Below are positions 1 to 11,145 of a stretch of DNA of 64,000 nt, piece after piece. Where the stretch lies: NCBI GenBank assembly GCA_029953675.1, contig JAMWBK010000011.1, forward strand, positions 1,178,001 through 1,242,000, read 5' to 3'. The DNA is from Rhodosorus marinus CCMP1338 (taxonomy: Eukaryota; Plantae; Rhodophyta). Position 1 is the stretch's first letter, and each line of letters starts with the position of its first letter. The notes under the pieces were generated by a model, which was not told the origin of the DNA, did no database searches, and saw only the letters and a program-made list of their open reading frames with translations. A program made the translations under genes and the position numbers.

Positions 1-31
1 AACCGTATTTGTCTCTTGTGATATCAATTAG

Positions 32-234
32 CTTATGAAGTACTCAGTGACGAGAAAAAGAGACTGATATACGATGAGGAGGGCGAAGCTGGGTTAAAGG
101 GATCGCGGTTCGAGTGGACTAAGAGAACCTGGAGCAACGCCCGGCAGCGAGCTGGAGCCGCCGTGAAGAAGATATGGAGTTTCGGGTTCAAATTCTTTAA
201 TATCCAATTCGACTTTGAATTCACAGCTAAGTAG
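32..234 (+). CDS. Last exon of a DnaJ/Hsp40 J-domain protein (5' part lies outside the window)
   Basis: After acceptor TTAG (28-31) the frame reads (A)YEVLSDEKKRLIYDEEGEAGLKG...FTAK*, the typical helix III-IV end of a J-domain. It is absent from the ORF track because it has no ATG. Confidence 0.8.
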
Positions 235-1040
235 CCTGTGAAACGGCTCACCACGGGAGAATTTTTTCTGTTTATATCAACAATCATTTCTTATAGGTTC
301 ACAGGGCTTCCCGCAAAAGACAAAACTCCCATTAAACGGGAGTACAAACCCCATCCAGAGTTATTACCTCGGGACCAAGACCTCTGTTTCTCCTCTCAGG
401 AACCTGCAGATATCGTTGCTTCCATATTCTACACCACTATGTCAGTCCGAACTTGGCCTCGCTAGTAGTAGCCAACTCTAGTGCCCTAGACATGCCCACT
501 AAGGGGAGCGGTCGTTCACCAGGAGACATCTTTGAGGAGCGAATGACTCGGGCCACTCAAGCCGTGCGCTATCGGTAATAAAGGAAGAGCCCCAGCTTCG
601 GTGTCTCCGACGAGATTCTGAAGCTGCATTCTGCCGCCTTTTGTAGCTTCGAGCCGCCACGCACACTGTTTAAAGACGGAACCTAACTTGCACCTAGCGA
701 GATCTACGCCCACAGGATTCCCTAGAAGACGAGTCAACATCCGTCCAAAACGGGAAGCTGGTTTTTACAATACCCATTTGCTTTAACAGACGGCAAGGCT
801 CGGTGTTGAAATAAAACAGCGCCGAGTGTCCATATCCTCTTAGTCAAGACATGGCCATTGCACTAGCCCTGGCGATCGTCGATTCTGTCAGCGTTTTTGT
901 GTTTCTTGGATACACGAACAAATGAACCAACGAGGTCCCTACTAGGACATGCTTAATGGAATACGTAGAACTGGGGATCAAGGAGACTTGGAGCAACACA
1001 GAATAGCTTTCTGCTTCCAGTTACTAAGACTAGGTCGGTT

Positions 1041-1214
1041 CACTGCGGGATTCCTTCCGTGATGGCTACGATCAGCGTCATCTCCGCGTTTACGAATCCT
1101 CCATACCTCCTGCAGCGACGGGGGTAACCACCGTGGTAACGCATTCGCAACATTCGCGACCATTTTTTCATCGTCTTGACGAATTGAAGAAGTTGGACAC
1201 ATACGGAGCAACAA
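1041..1214 (-). pseudogene. Decayed inverted copy of an intron-exon segment of the adjacent succinyl-CoA ligase alpha gene
   Basis: The reverse complement of 1041-1095 matches 1903-1955 ([17 protein letters not shown], 5 mismatches in 53 nt). Weaker similarity continues into gene positions 1780-1860, including intron sequence (ttgttgctccgtatgtgtc vs ttgttgttcagtatctgtc). Confidence 0.8.
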
Positions 1215-1463
1215 GTGAGCAAACAGCTCACGCGTCTAGTCACAGAGGCCGAAACGAGACTGCTTCGCGCCGTTTCATCAATTCCTTACCAGAATCTGAT
1301 ATTTCATTCTTGTCCAGTTAGCCAATGTCTAACGGATATTTTTCGATCGATATTGGATAGCGTGGCAATGTTTTATATGGAGTTCTGGGGTGGCGGGGGT
1401 GGTGAAGGTAGCTGACCAGCTTCAGTCGCTATTGGATTTTTGCACTTTTTTCGTGTATTCAAT

Positions 1464-2698
1464 ATGGCAATTACTGGATATTTGATGCGTCCGCTTCATC
1501 GCGGAAGCTGTCTTCCGAGACCATGGAGGAATTTGAGCAGTTCAGCTGAATCTGGGCTGCCGATGCCGTACGTGGATAAGACGACGAAGGTGCTTATTCA
1601 AGGGTTTACTGGGAAGCAGGGCACGTTCCATTCAGAGCAGGCGATTTCTTATGGGACTAATGTTGTAGGAGGAACGAATCCGAAGAAGGCTGGCTCACTT
1701 CATCTTGATAGACCTGTGTTTGCCAGCGTCGAAGAGGTATGTCTTGGCTTTCCCATCGATACGGGATCTCTTTGATATATTGTTGTTCAGTATCTGTCTT
1801 CCTCACTTCTTTGTAATATTCAAGGCGATAAAAGAAACCGGCGCGAATGCGTCAGCAATCTACGTACCACCCTCTGGTGCCGCAGCTGCAATCGAGGAGG
1901 CGGTGAACGCGGAGATGCCGCTGATCGTAGCCATCACAGAAGGAATCCCACAGCGTGATATGGTCAGGGTCAAGGCACTAATGAAGGCCAGTCGAAAGTC
2001 GCGCCTCATCGGTCCAAACTGTCCCGGCATCATCAAGCCAGACGAGTGCAAGATTGGCATCATGCCCGGTGATATCCACATGGTCAGTTCCAAGACCAAA
2101 TCCCCAAAAGACGCGCTCCGAGCACTTTCGCTGATGCCTCCATCGCTTCCGGCTCATTGTAGGGTGGATCAGTAGGAGTTGTTTCAAGGTCTGGCACGCT
2201 TACCTACGAAGCCGTTCACCAGACCACGGTTGTTGGACTAGGACAGTCTGTCTGCATTGGGATTGGTGGCGATCCTTTCAATGGAACCAACTTCATTGAC
2301 TGCTTAGATATGTTCCTGAAGGACAAGCAGACGAAGGGGATCGTCATGATCGGTGAGATTGGCGGAACCGCTGAAGAGGCTGCTGCAGAATTTTTGAGGT
2401 CCAACTCTGTGAAGAAGCCCACCGTATCGTTTATCGCTGGAGTGACTGCACCCCCTGGAAGAAGAATGGGACATGCTGGTAAGAGTCTGGCTGCGCACCA
2501 AGTCCACTGCTATGTAAAGTAAATCTGAGTTCAGGATTCTTTGCCGACGCCTTAGGTGCGATCATTTCCGGAGGTAAGGGAACAGCAGCGGATAAGATTG
2601 CAGCGTTAGAGGCCGCGGACGTCCGCGTCGTACAGTCACCAGCCGTCCTTGGCACAGCGATCAAAGAGAGGATGCTCGAGGAAGGACTTATTAAATGA
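1464..2698 (+). CDS. SUCLG1: Succinyl-CoA ligase (synthetase) alpha subunit, mitochondrial; 4 exons
   Basis: Motifs [45 protein letters not shown] and [10 protein letters not shown] (phospho-His). N-terminal presequence. GT-AG introns start near 1737, 2083 and 2479. Confidence 0.97.
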
Positions 2699-3081
2699 AG
2701 CCGAGGGTTTAGAGTTTAGAGAGAGCGCAATCCAACTACTGTGGAGTTTCGTGTGACAATCGATGGTTTCCGAGTTACGACCCGGAACGTGGAAATCAAA
2801 CGTGATGATTGAACTCTGGAGACTTGATGGGTCTTTTTTTTGATTTTTGGTACTGTCTTTACAAGCTCCCCACCCCCCCTGGTGCTTGGATCAGTGCGTT
2901 CTTAGCCGAGGAATCCCAACTCGCGTCTTGGGAAGAAGCGCATTGATAAGGCGCAAAGCAAGACAGACCGTGCCAAGCTCAGGACGGGCTTGCTTTTCCT
3001 CGAAAGTTTCACTCGAAGTCCAAAACGGATACACCTTACACAATGGAGTAGCTTCTCCAGACCTGTTTTTTGTAAATATGT

Positions 3082-4073
3082 TTACTGACGTGCCTGTCCG
3101 GCATCGGATTCCTCCGGCGCCTGCACGGTATCTGATTCGTCTGTTGCCTCCACGGCATCGGACTCCTCAGCAGGCGCACCAGTCTCGGGCTCCGTTGAGT
3201 CGTCTGCTGCAGGTCCCATTGACACCATGACCATAGCTGGTCTGATAAGACGTTGTCCCACCTTGTACCCTCTTTGGAATTGCATCATGACGATGCCATC
3301 ACCGTATTCGGTAGATTCCTGCTGTTGAATCGCGGAATGAATCTCTGCATTGAACGGCGTCCCAAGAGCTTCGATTGGTTCGATACTGAGCTTCTCCAAT
3401 GTGTTGACGAACTGCTTATTGATCGACTGATAGGCGTTGTTGATCTTTTCTTCCCTTTCCGTCTCGGGGCTAACGCTGCTGGCGGCTCTCTCAAAACTGT
3501 CGAGCACAGTGAGAAATTCCTTGGTAATTTTCGCAGACGCCTTCTCCGTGGACTCCAAAATCTCTGCCGAAGACCGTCTTCTGAAGTTCTCAAAGTCAGC
3601 CGTAAGACGGATGAAGCTATCCTTCTCGGAATCCACCTCCCTCTCCAGCCTTTCCCGCTCAGCCTGCGATTCGTCAAGTTCGGATTGCAGTACCTAAGCA
3701 TATAAAAGGTCAACTTCGTATCGTCAACACTGGTTTCGACTCGATGCGGCTTTGAAGATCATATGCATCGTACCTCAATTCGCTTCTTGAGCATCGCAGG
3801 GGAGTTCAAGATGTCATTTACTTCCTCAACCTCCTCCCGTCCATCAACTTCCTGAGCCTCGGCATCCTCAGACTCAAACTCATCTTCGACCTCTTCCTCA
3901 ACCTCAGACTCTGCTTCTGGCTCTGGCGGCGGTGCCGGTGCAGACCCAAGTTCAACCACAACTCGTCGACTCCTCCTCACATTCGCTCGAACTTTAGCAC
4001 TACCATCAAACAAACTCACAACTCCACCAACACCTACCCGAGAAACCCCACCAAAACTTCCAACAAACGCCAT
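3082..4073 (-). CDS. grpE: GrpE nucleotide exchange factor, plastid-targeted; 2 exons
   Basis: RLTADFENFRRR, LDSFERA, F...H.AI, QRGYKVGQRLIRPAMVMVS. The MAFVGSFGG N-terminus resembles a transit peptide. Confidence 0.95.
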
Positions 4074-5256
4074 CCTTGCTCTTACTCCACTAACAGATCA
4101 ATTAATACGATACAAAACAGCAACAAAACTAAACGAATCCAACTCTTTTAGAAGCAACTCACGACCTTCTGTAGATCTTCCAAGCTTCCCTTCCACTATC
4201 CAGCCTCTACCCCGTTCTTACTGGAAACCCCCACCAGATCGCTAATCACCGCCGGTGACTCTCATAATGAATGCTCTTCACATTCTCATCAGCGGCGAGA
4301 TAGAAATCCCCCCGTCGAGGCTTCGGCAGTCGCCTTTGTGCTCACCTTGTGGTGTTCAGAAGGAATCATGGGCGCGCTCTTATCGAGAAGAACCCGTGCT
4401 TGGAGAGTGTGAAGAAAACGTCCTCGACTGTTTTTTGGGTTGATCTGGGTGCCGCCACCCGGCATTCCACTTTGGCAGCTGAGTGCAGAATTCTACAACC
4501 AGACTTCCACGGGCGGCGTTGGTTTCGTCGTATGTAGAGTGGTATCAGTTGAGGTAAACACGTTTTTCTTGTGAGAGCTATTCTGCATGAGATTCCAACT
4601 AAAGAAGAGGTCTACAGCTCCTTCAGCAGTCAAGAAGCGGGGTCGTGTGCAGGATTCAATGTACAACAGGGCAAATGGCGGGAAAGGCCATTGAATTCCA
4701 CTGCCATTCAAAAATAAGGATTCTGAGTTTCTCTCAACCCTAATTTAGACCTTACTTATCAAACATTGAAACAAAAACTAACCATATATCCTATTTTATT
4801 GTACATATTCACAGATCAACGCCATGCAAAGTTTCGTCAGGGATACGCGTTGCCTTAATAGTACTTAATATAGAACATATGTTAATTAAAGTTTACAATA
4901 ATGATAAATATAGGCGAAAAGTTCTCTCATATTCTTCGATGTATGTCATTATTTAGAATACTTTTTGTAGCATCATGTCAGTAATTGAATTTTTGCTGGT
5001 AGGACGTGGCGATGTTGTGTCGAGGCTGCTAAAACTTGGAGTCGATCCTTGATGACCGTTCTCTGAGGGTGTTGGGTGGAGTTTTGAGGACCCTATGAGC
5101 AGGAGCGTCCTACCAGTGAGGGACAGGTCAAAACTATGGACGAAGGGGAAGGTGAGGTATGAGATCGACGCACCTTTGTTAGAATTTGGATTCAATGGCG
5201 AGCGAGTAGGCAGAGGTTTTTTTTTTTTTTTTTTGGTTTTCTAAAGGTCGGATCTG

Positions 5257-6410
5257 ATGGGTTGCACCTGGCGCGGACTGTGCGTGGTGCTGTTGATCGG
5301 CTTTGCATCGGGGCTGGCACAGAACGTCTGCACTCGAAGGCGAGTGGGCGAAAGGCTTTGCCCGGAGCTGTTCTTTTTGGGTGTGCGCTTCGGGGGATCC
5401 ACCGCAGTTGCAATGTACGTCGCTTCTCAGCCGGCTGTGAGTTTGAATTTCCCGCACTCAGTCGACCCTTATGTAGAGTTCGAGGCGCATTTTTTCGACG
5501 ATAATTTTCTGAGGGGAATAGGTTACTACGCTGGCCTGTTCCCTGTCAGAAACGTCTCGTATGATCTTGCGGCGGATGCAACTCCGGACTACCTAATGGG
5601 CCGATACGTTCCGCTAAAAATCTACGATTCCTTGGACTTTAAAGCTGTATACTTCGTAGTTTCGCTTCGAGATCCCGCGGCGCGAGCTTATGCCTGGTAC
5701 AAGCATTCGATGGGGACCAGAATGAACGACGTTTCATTGGACAAGGCGATGTCAGACTTTGAGTACAAATACTCGCTGATGGCGAAGTACATCGGACCGA
5801 TTGTGGCGGAATGCATGAATGGAGAAGAGGATCCAGAGGAAGCATACTTCGCATGTAGTGGCAGAGTTTACTACCGAGAACGCGTCCGGAGTCCAGTGAT
5901 AGAGGAGACCGACAACTTGGCCACCGGAATTCCGCGCCTTCAGCGCGGCTTCACCGGCGGACTCTATGGACCACTACTACTCCACTGGTAGGAGAGAGCT
6001 TGAAAAATTTCGCTTTGGAAAGAATTCAGAACGTACTCTGACTGATGATCCCGTTTGTTTCCCTCGGAGTAATCTTCAGGTTTCGACACTTTCATGCCAG
6101 TCAATTTTGTCTCGTTATTTATGAGAATCTTTTGACGCAGTTCGAGGAAGAAATCGACCATCTGCGGCCGTGTTTGAAGCCATTTGGAAGAGACCTACAC
6201 GTGCAACCAGGAGATGGGATAACTGTTCCGACGATCACGTGCACAGACTGCGACGAGATGGAGCAATTGGAAGAGGACGCTGAGAGATCCATCGGCCTTG
6301 TGCTTCATAGCGAGCTGTATGCGTCCTCGAACAAGGTGGTTCGGGGTCTGCTCTGGAACTTGTACAGAAGGGAGGGCATTCCTGTGTGGGAGGAGCTGTA
6401 TACCGGCTAG
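5257..6410 (+). CDS. Secreted/Golgi sulfotransferase-fold protein (heparan sulfate 3-O-sulfotransferase-like) with degenerate PAPS motifs; 2 exons
   Basis: Signal/anchor N-terminus; PELFFLGVRFGGSTAV, EAHFFD, DATPDYL, LRDPAARAYAWY. The second exon continues LLHW|FRHFHASQFCLV after an intron at ~5989-6080. Confidence 0.8.
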
Positions 6411-8277
6411 ATCTGAAAAGGGAACAGGGTTCTTAGTGAAATCTGAAGAGGCTCTATGGAGCCTAGCCATTTGTTTTTTTGAATATCCTTCACTGATGAA
6501 TATAGTAATATCGTGAATGCGCTACTTGCTTTATCGAGCAGAAAAGTTGGCTGCCCTTTTCCGCCCAGCTCTGTCGCTGGCTCTTTGAACGGAAGAGGTT
6601 GTCCTAGCATCAAAGGCGGCGACGGCAAGAAATGTCCTTGGGATCGCTGCAAATTATTCGGAAACACGACTCCAGCAAAACGTTGTGTTCAGATTGGAAT
6701 TCGCTATTGAACAAGCTTCGAATGCTGCTTGCGCGAAGACTGCGCGGCTAGGTAGCGTCCAAATGAAGTGAAATGGGCAGCGTTCGCACACCACGATCGA
6801 TTCTGTGTTGGTAGAGTCGCTGACTAGACAGTAGCCGTGGTGGTCACGCAGTGGAGTCAATAGGTGTCGAAAGGTCGTGGAGTCGCACCATAGAGTAGTG
6901 AATCAGTCTGGTGTAATAGAGCCTCGGCTATGAAGAAGAACTCGAAGGACAGTCATATAGTTGTTGTTGACCTGCCAGCCCGCGGTTGTAGGAGGATAGA
7001 TGAGCACATCAAAACGGGTTCAATGCTGGGACCCAAACCAGGACTTGTAGGACGAGGGAAAGGCTGGAAACAAACTCTGCCAGCATACACGTCGTTTCAA
7101 ACTGCATGAGCGATGATTCTCCGCCGTCACTCTGCCCTCTGAAGGGCTCTCGTCTCTCTGAAAATCGAGTGGGAGGCTACAGGTCGACGATCACTTTTCC
7201 ATCTCGATCGCAGACTAACGCTTTAGTACAATGTACAATTTCACCAACCCAAGACTTTTCAAGTTCTCACAAAAGGCAACATCGCCATCCCACCAATCAT
7301 CCCCCCACCAGCAAATTTTCCGTTCCATCAATCTAAATGTAGCAATCAATCATTTCAAGTTTTTAGCATTATTCAGAGGGCCTGAGAACGTCTGAGCACC
7401 ACCAGTGCTTGAGGAGATTGCGCTTCCCTCATCAAGCAGATTACCATTGGTCATATCCCGCCTCATCATGCAAAAATCTAGTTTCTGAGCAGAATACCAA
7501 ATAAAGTTTTGGAAAATAAGATGCCAAACCCTTCCCACCACTGGGCCATCAAAAGACATGACTTTCAGTACAAATATGCAATGTCGTCATCTTAATTGGC
7601 TAATCCTCAGATCATATCACATCTGATCGCACAGAGCTCACCGAGGAACCCTACAAGTTTCACCGTCAATCAGTATAAATACAATATAGTCTTACAAAAA
7701 TCAAGTAAATTCCAAGCAAAGGTGTTTAATTGGATAAATTGGATAAATTTTGAAGTATCATTAGCACAAGCCTTTCAAACTGATTGTAGTTTGTCTAATT
7801 CGTGGATATTTTTATAACTGCGGGGCCAATCGGAGAGAAATGGAGCCAATGTTCTTCTATTATTCAAGCCTTTCCCGCTGGCTGGAAAAAAACGGCTTTC
7901 GGGAAAGAAAATAATTTGTTTAGTGGCAGTGTTTTCAATGGGCCTCTTTTTGAGCTTGTTTTGGAGGGGTTGAATTATCTTGGTTTTTGGTGTCGTTTTG
8001 GAAGGTTTTGGGATAGGTTGGGGATTTAGTGCACCATCTGGAAATGGTATTGGTGGGTGGGAGTAGAGGGGGGGGGGGGGGGGAAGGGAATATGTATCGG
8101 GGAGGAAGATGATGGTGGTTGTTGCGGGCTGTGTGTGTGTGTGGTAATTAGATAAGGGCTTTTGTTTTTTTTGTTGGAGGTGATGAACCAGCTTCGTGAA
8201 TTGTTCTGGATTGCGTTTTTGGAATCTAGGGATTGAGGTGGAGTAGGTTTTTTTTTTGGGTGGGGGTGTTGGGAAGG

Positions 8278-9754
8278 ATGGGGTTTGTTGGGGGTGTGGT
8301 GGTGGGTGGACTTCGCCGGGAGTCGCGAGTATGTAAGCGGCCGCGGATTGTGACCTCGGCGGTGAATGGAAGGCGCCGCGTTGCGGAAGGCCCACCGGAT
8401 TTGTGTGAGCTCACAAAGCGGTTGGGTGATTTGCTGTTGAGTGAAGCGGATAATGGGCTACTTCATGTGGAGCGGGAGAGGGAGAGCGTTCAGGGAAATG
8501 AGACAACGCACGTTGCAGTGGTTTTGGGCAAGACGTTGATTCGTGATCAGATCACCGTCGAGTATGCGACGAGGGTTTTCCGGCTGGTTACACAGATTGC
8601 GTCCTACAAGGATCAAACGAAAGTGGTACGTCTTCCTCCATGCATTCTCCTAGTACATCTATCATAAATGTTAACGCTCCTTCACTGCGATTGGTTTGTA
8701 GGTTTGCTTCATGGGATGCAAAGGGGAGGGTTTGGTATCCGAGGCCGCAGCAGGCTACACGTTCTTCCGTTCGGTTTGCGAGCAGTGCCATGTCGACATC
8801 TCGGGTCTAAAGTTTGTCCTATTGGAGTCATCCTACAACAAGGGCGAGGCGCTTAGGGACGTCTTTAAGCGAATTAACCAGACACTGGAAGGGAATGTCC
8901 TGCAGCGGTGCCATTTCACGTTCATTTCATCGGACTACCATCTTTTTAGAGTGCAGGAGATCCACCGCTTGAGTCCCTCCCGCTCGCTGTTGCGGCCGCT
9001 CGTTGTTGCCAAGTCTACATGGGATTTTGCCTACGCGTCGTACGCCTTCTGTGTGTCCACGGACACTACCACAGCGTTTCGGGGCAGAGTAATGGTTTTA
9101 ACGTCTGACATGTACATCGTAATTGCCAACCTGGAGGCGGTGATGTCGGAGCGCGTATTCTTCAGCAAGGAGAACTGGGAGCGTCTCAACACGTCTGTCG
9201 CGAAGTTGAGGAGGTTTTATGAGATCCTTCACCATCCAAGGGCAATGTTTCCAGGTGATAAACGGGTGTTCTCTGAAGTGCTCGAAATGTGCATCGCGAA
9301 TCTGCGTGAGGTATGCGCTTTCTTCCTTTACCATACGTTGCATGGTGCAGATCTAATTTATAGTCATTGCCCACTACTGTGTGTCCAGGCCCAAAAGATA
9401 CTGTGCCAACTTGTAGAATCGAGTGGGACTACTACCGAACGCGACCTTAAGAGAGCGCGAAATTTGGTGCTGGAGGCGGTTACATCAATAAGGCGGAAGA
9501 TCGATCCTGATCAGCCCATTGCTTTAGGAGACGTGGAGTCCCTTCAGAAAGAAATTGAATCCTACCTCTTGAACCAGACCCATGCTAGAATTGCGGACCC
9601 TGAACTGAGTGACAATACTATCGAGACGATCATGCCAGAGACGATCATGCCAGAGACGATCGTGCCAGAGACGGAGTCAAAGGCCCCCAGACGAAAAGCC
9701 AAGAGGTCTGTGAGAACACGGGCTCGAAAGAAGGAAGCCCAAGACATCATGTAG
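8278..9754 (+). CDS. DUF218 (YdcF/SanA/ElyC-like) domain protein, probably plastid-targeted; 2 exons
   Basis: VAVVLGK, MGCKG..VSEA, LLESSYNKGEA and FISSDYHLFRV follow the DUF218 motif order. MGFVGGVVVG transit-like start. Intron ~8626-8701. Confidence 0.7.
9623..9673 (+). repeat. In-frame 15-bp tandem repeat (ETIMP/ETIVP x3)
   Basis: gagacgatcatgcca x2, then gagacgatcgtgcca, then gagacg. Confidence 0.9.
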
Positions 9755-11145
9755 GCATGCTCGGTGTCAGCGGCACAACTGTACGGACGGGATGGGGGGG
9801 GGGCTCGCAGTTAGGGGAATAGGAAGGATTGGAGGGATCACGAGCATAGGCCCAGAACAGTCTAAACAATAAATATTTTTTCTCTCAACCTATCAGGCAG
9901 AAGAGACCACGCACGTGAACTCTGCACTCCCAACAACCATCGCATGTCCCCAGTATCCTACCAATTCGCTGCACGCGCCGTGCGAATACGACGCTCTCAG
10001 GTAGCATAGTTGTTCAATAGATCTCCGAGTACATCTCAATTCTTCAAAACAATACTGACCCGAACACCAGCTGCGCCCACCCAACCCAGATGAAAGTGCG
10101 GGATGAACTCAACACCCCACCTTAAAAACCAAAAATAAATTCCTCGTATTAATCAATTTGTCCAGTCAAAAACCAACACCCGTCCCAGTCGTCAAACACA
10201 CCCAATCATCATCCCAAACATCCCACGGAACAATCCAGATCAAAAACCAAAACGCATACCAAATAAACGCCAAAACAAACCCGATAAACTCTTGATTTAT
10301 TACTCAATACAACAATATCACTGTTTTATCATATCCTTCTATACAATAATATCAAGCAAAACTCCACTATCATACCAAAACCATTTAAACGGTATACATA
10401 AACCATAATATGTACTAATATTTATGTAAACCAATATAAAAAAATATTTATCACATAAACATACACATATAACCCATATCCGAAATATAGTGATTGATAA
10501 TTAGATTGAAGTTTTGAAAAGTCCAGAGAAGGCAGTCTTTTTGGAGGTTCCATCTAATTGAGAAGAGTTTTGGACGAAGGAGAGGAGAAACGAAAAGGAA
10601 ACTCCTTTTGGTGGGTTTCGGGAGGAAACAGCGCATTGAGTATAAAATGAGTCTCTTGGAGTGGGAGGCGATCTGGAATTGATATTTGGGAGGTTGTTTG
10701 GTGGATTGGATGGTGCTATCGTTCTCCTCACAGAAGGAAATTTGTTTTTGGAGGAAGACGAAGGGCTCTTGTTGTTGAGAATTTTTGTATTTCTCCGTGG
10801 AAGGGGTGAGAAGGGGTTTCGAGGATTTTTTTGAGGGATTGGGTTTGGGGTGGGTGGGTGGTTGAGTACGGGTGAATGTATTGTTTTAAAAGTTGTTTTG
10901 AGGAGGATAAGCGGATATTGAAAAGTGTTTTGGTGTTTCGTAGGAAGAGGGTTTGAAGGTCTTTGTAGGATTTGGATGGGAGTGTTTTCTGGAGAGGTTG
11001 TTGGGTGGTGTGACATGTAGGGTGAGATTGTTTTTGTTTTGTGTTGAGAACTGTGTTTTGAAGGTTTCTGGTGTTGTTTGGGGGTTTTTGCCTGAGGGAG
11101 GTTTTCTGGGGTGGTTCGTTTTGACCGGCGGGATTTGTGAATATC

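Noticed and set aside
32-4073. DnaJ and GrpE co-chaperone genes within 3 kb as a functional cluster
   Set aside because: They are on opposite strands, separated by an unrelated gene, the compartments are unknown and there is no Hsp70; probably coincidence.
6654-7195. Minus-strand frame interrupted only by TGA codons (possible selenoprotein or readthrough)
   Set aside because: No recognisable domain, no Cys/Sec motif context and no SECIS seen; compatible with chance.
7775-8395. 206-aa Pro/Thr/Lys-rich minus-strand ORF
   Set aside because: It arises from the G/T-skewed upstream tract, which lacks stops on the A/C strand; low complexity.
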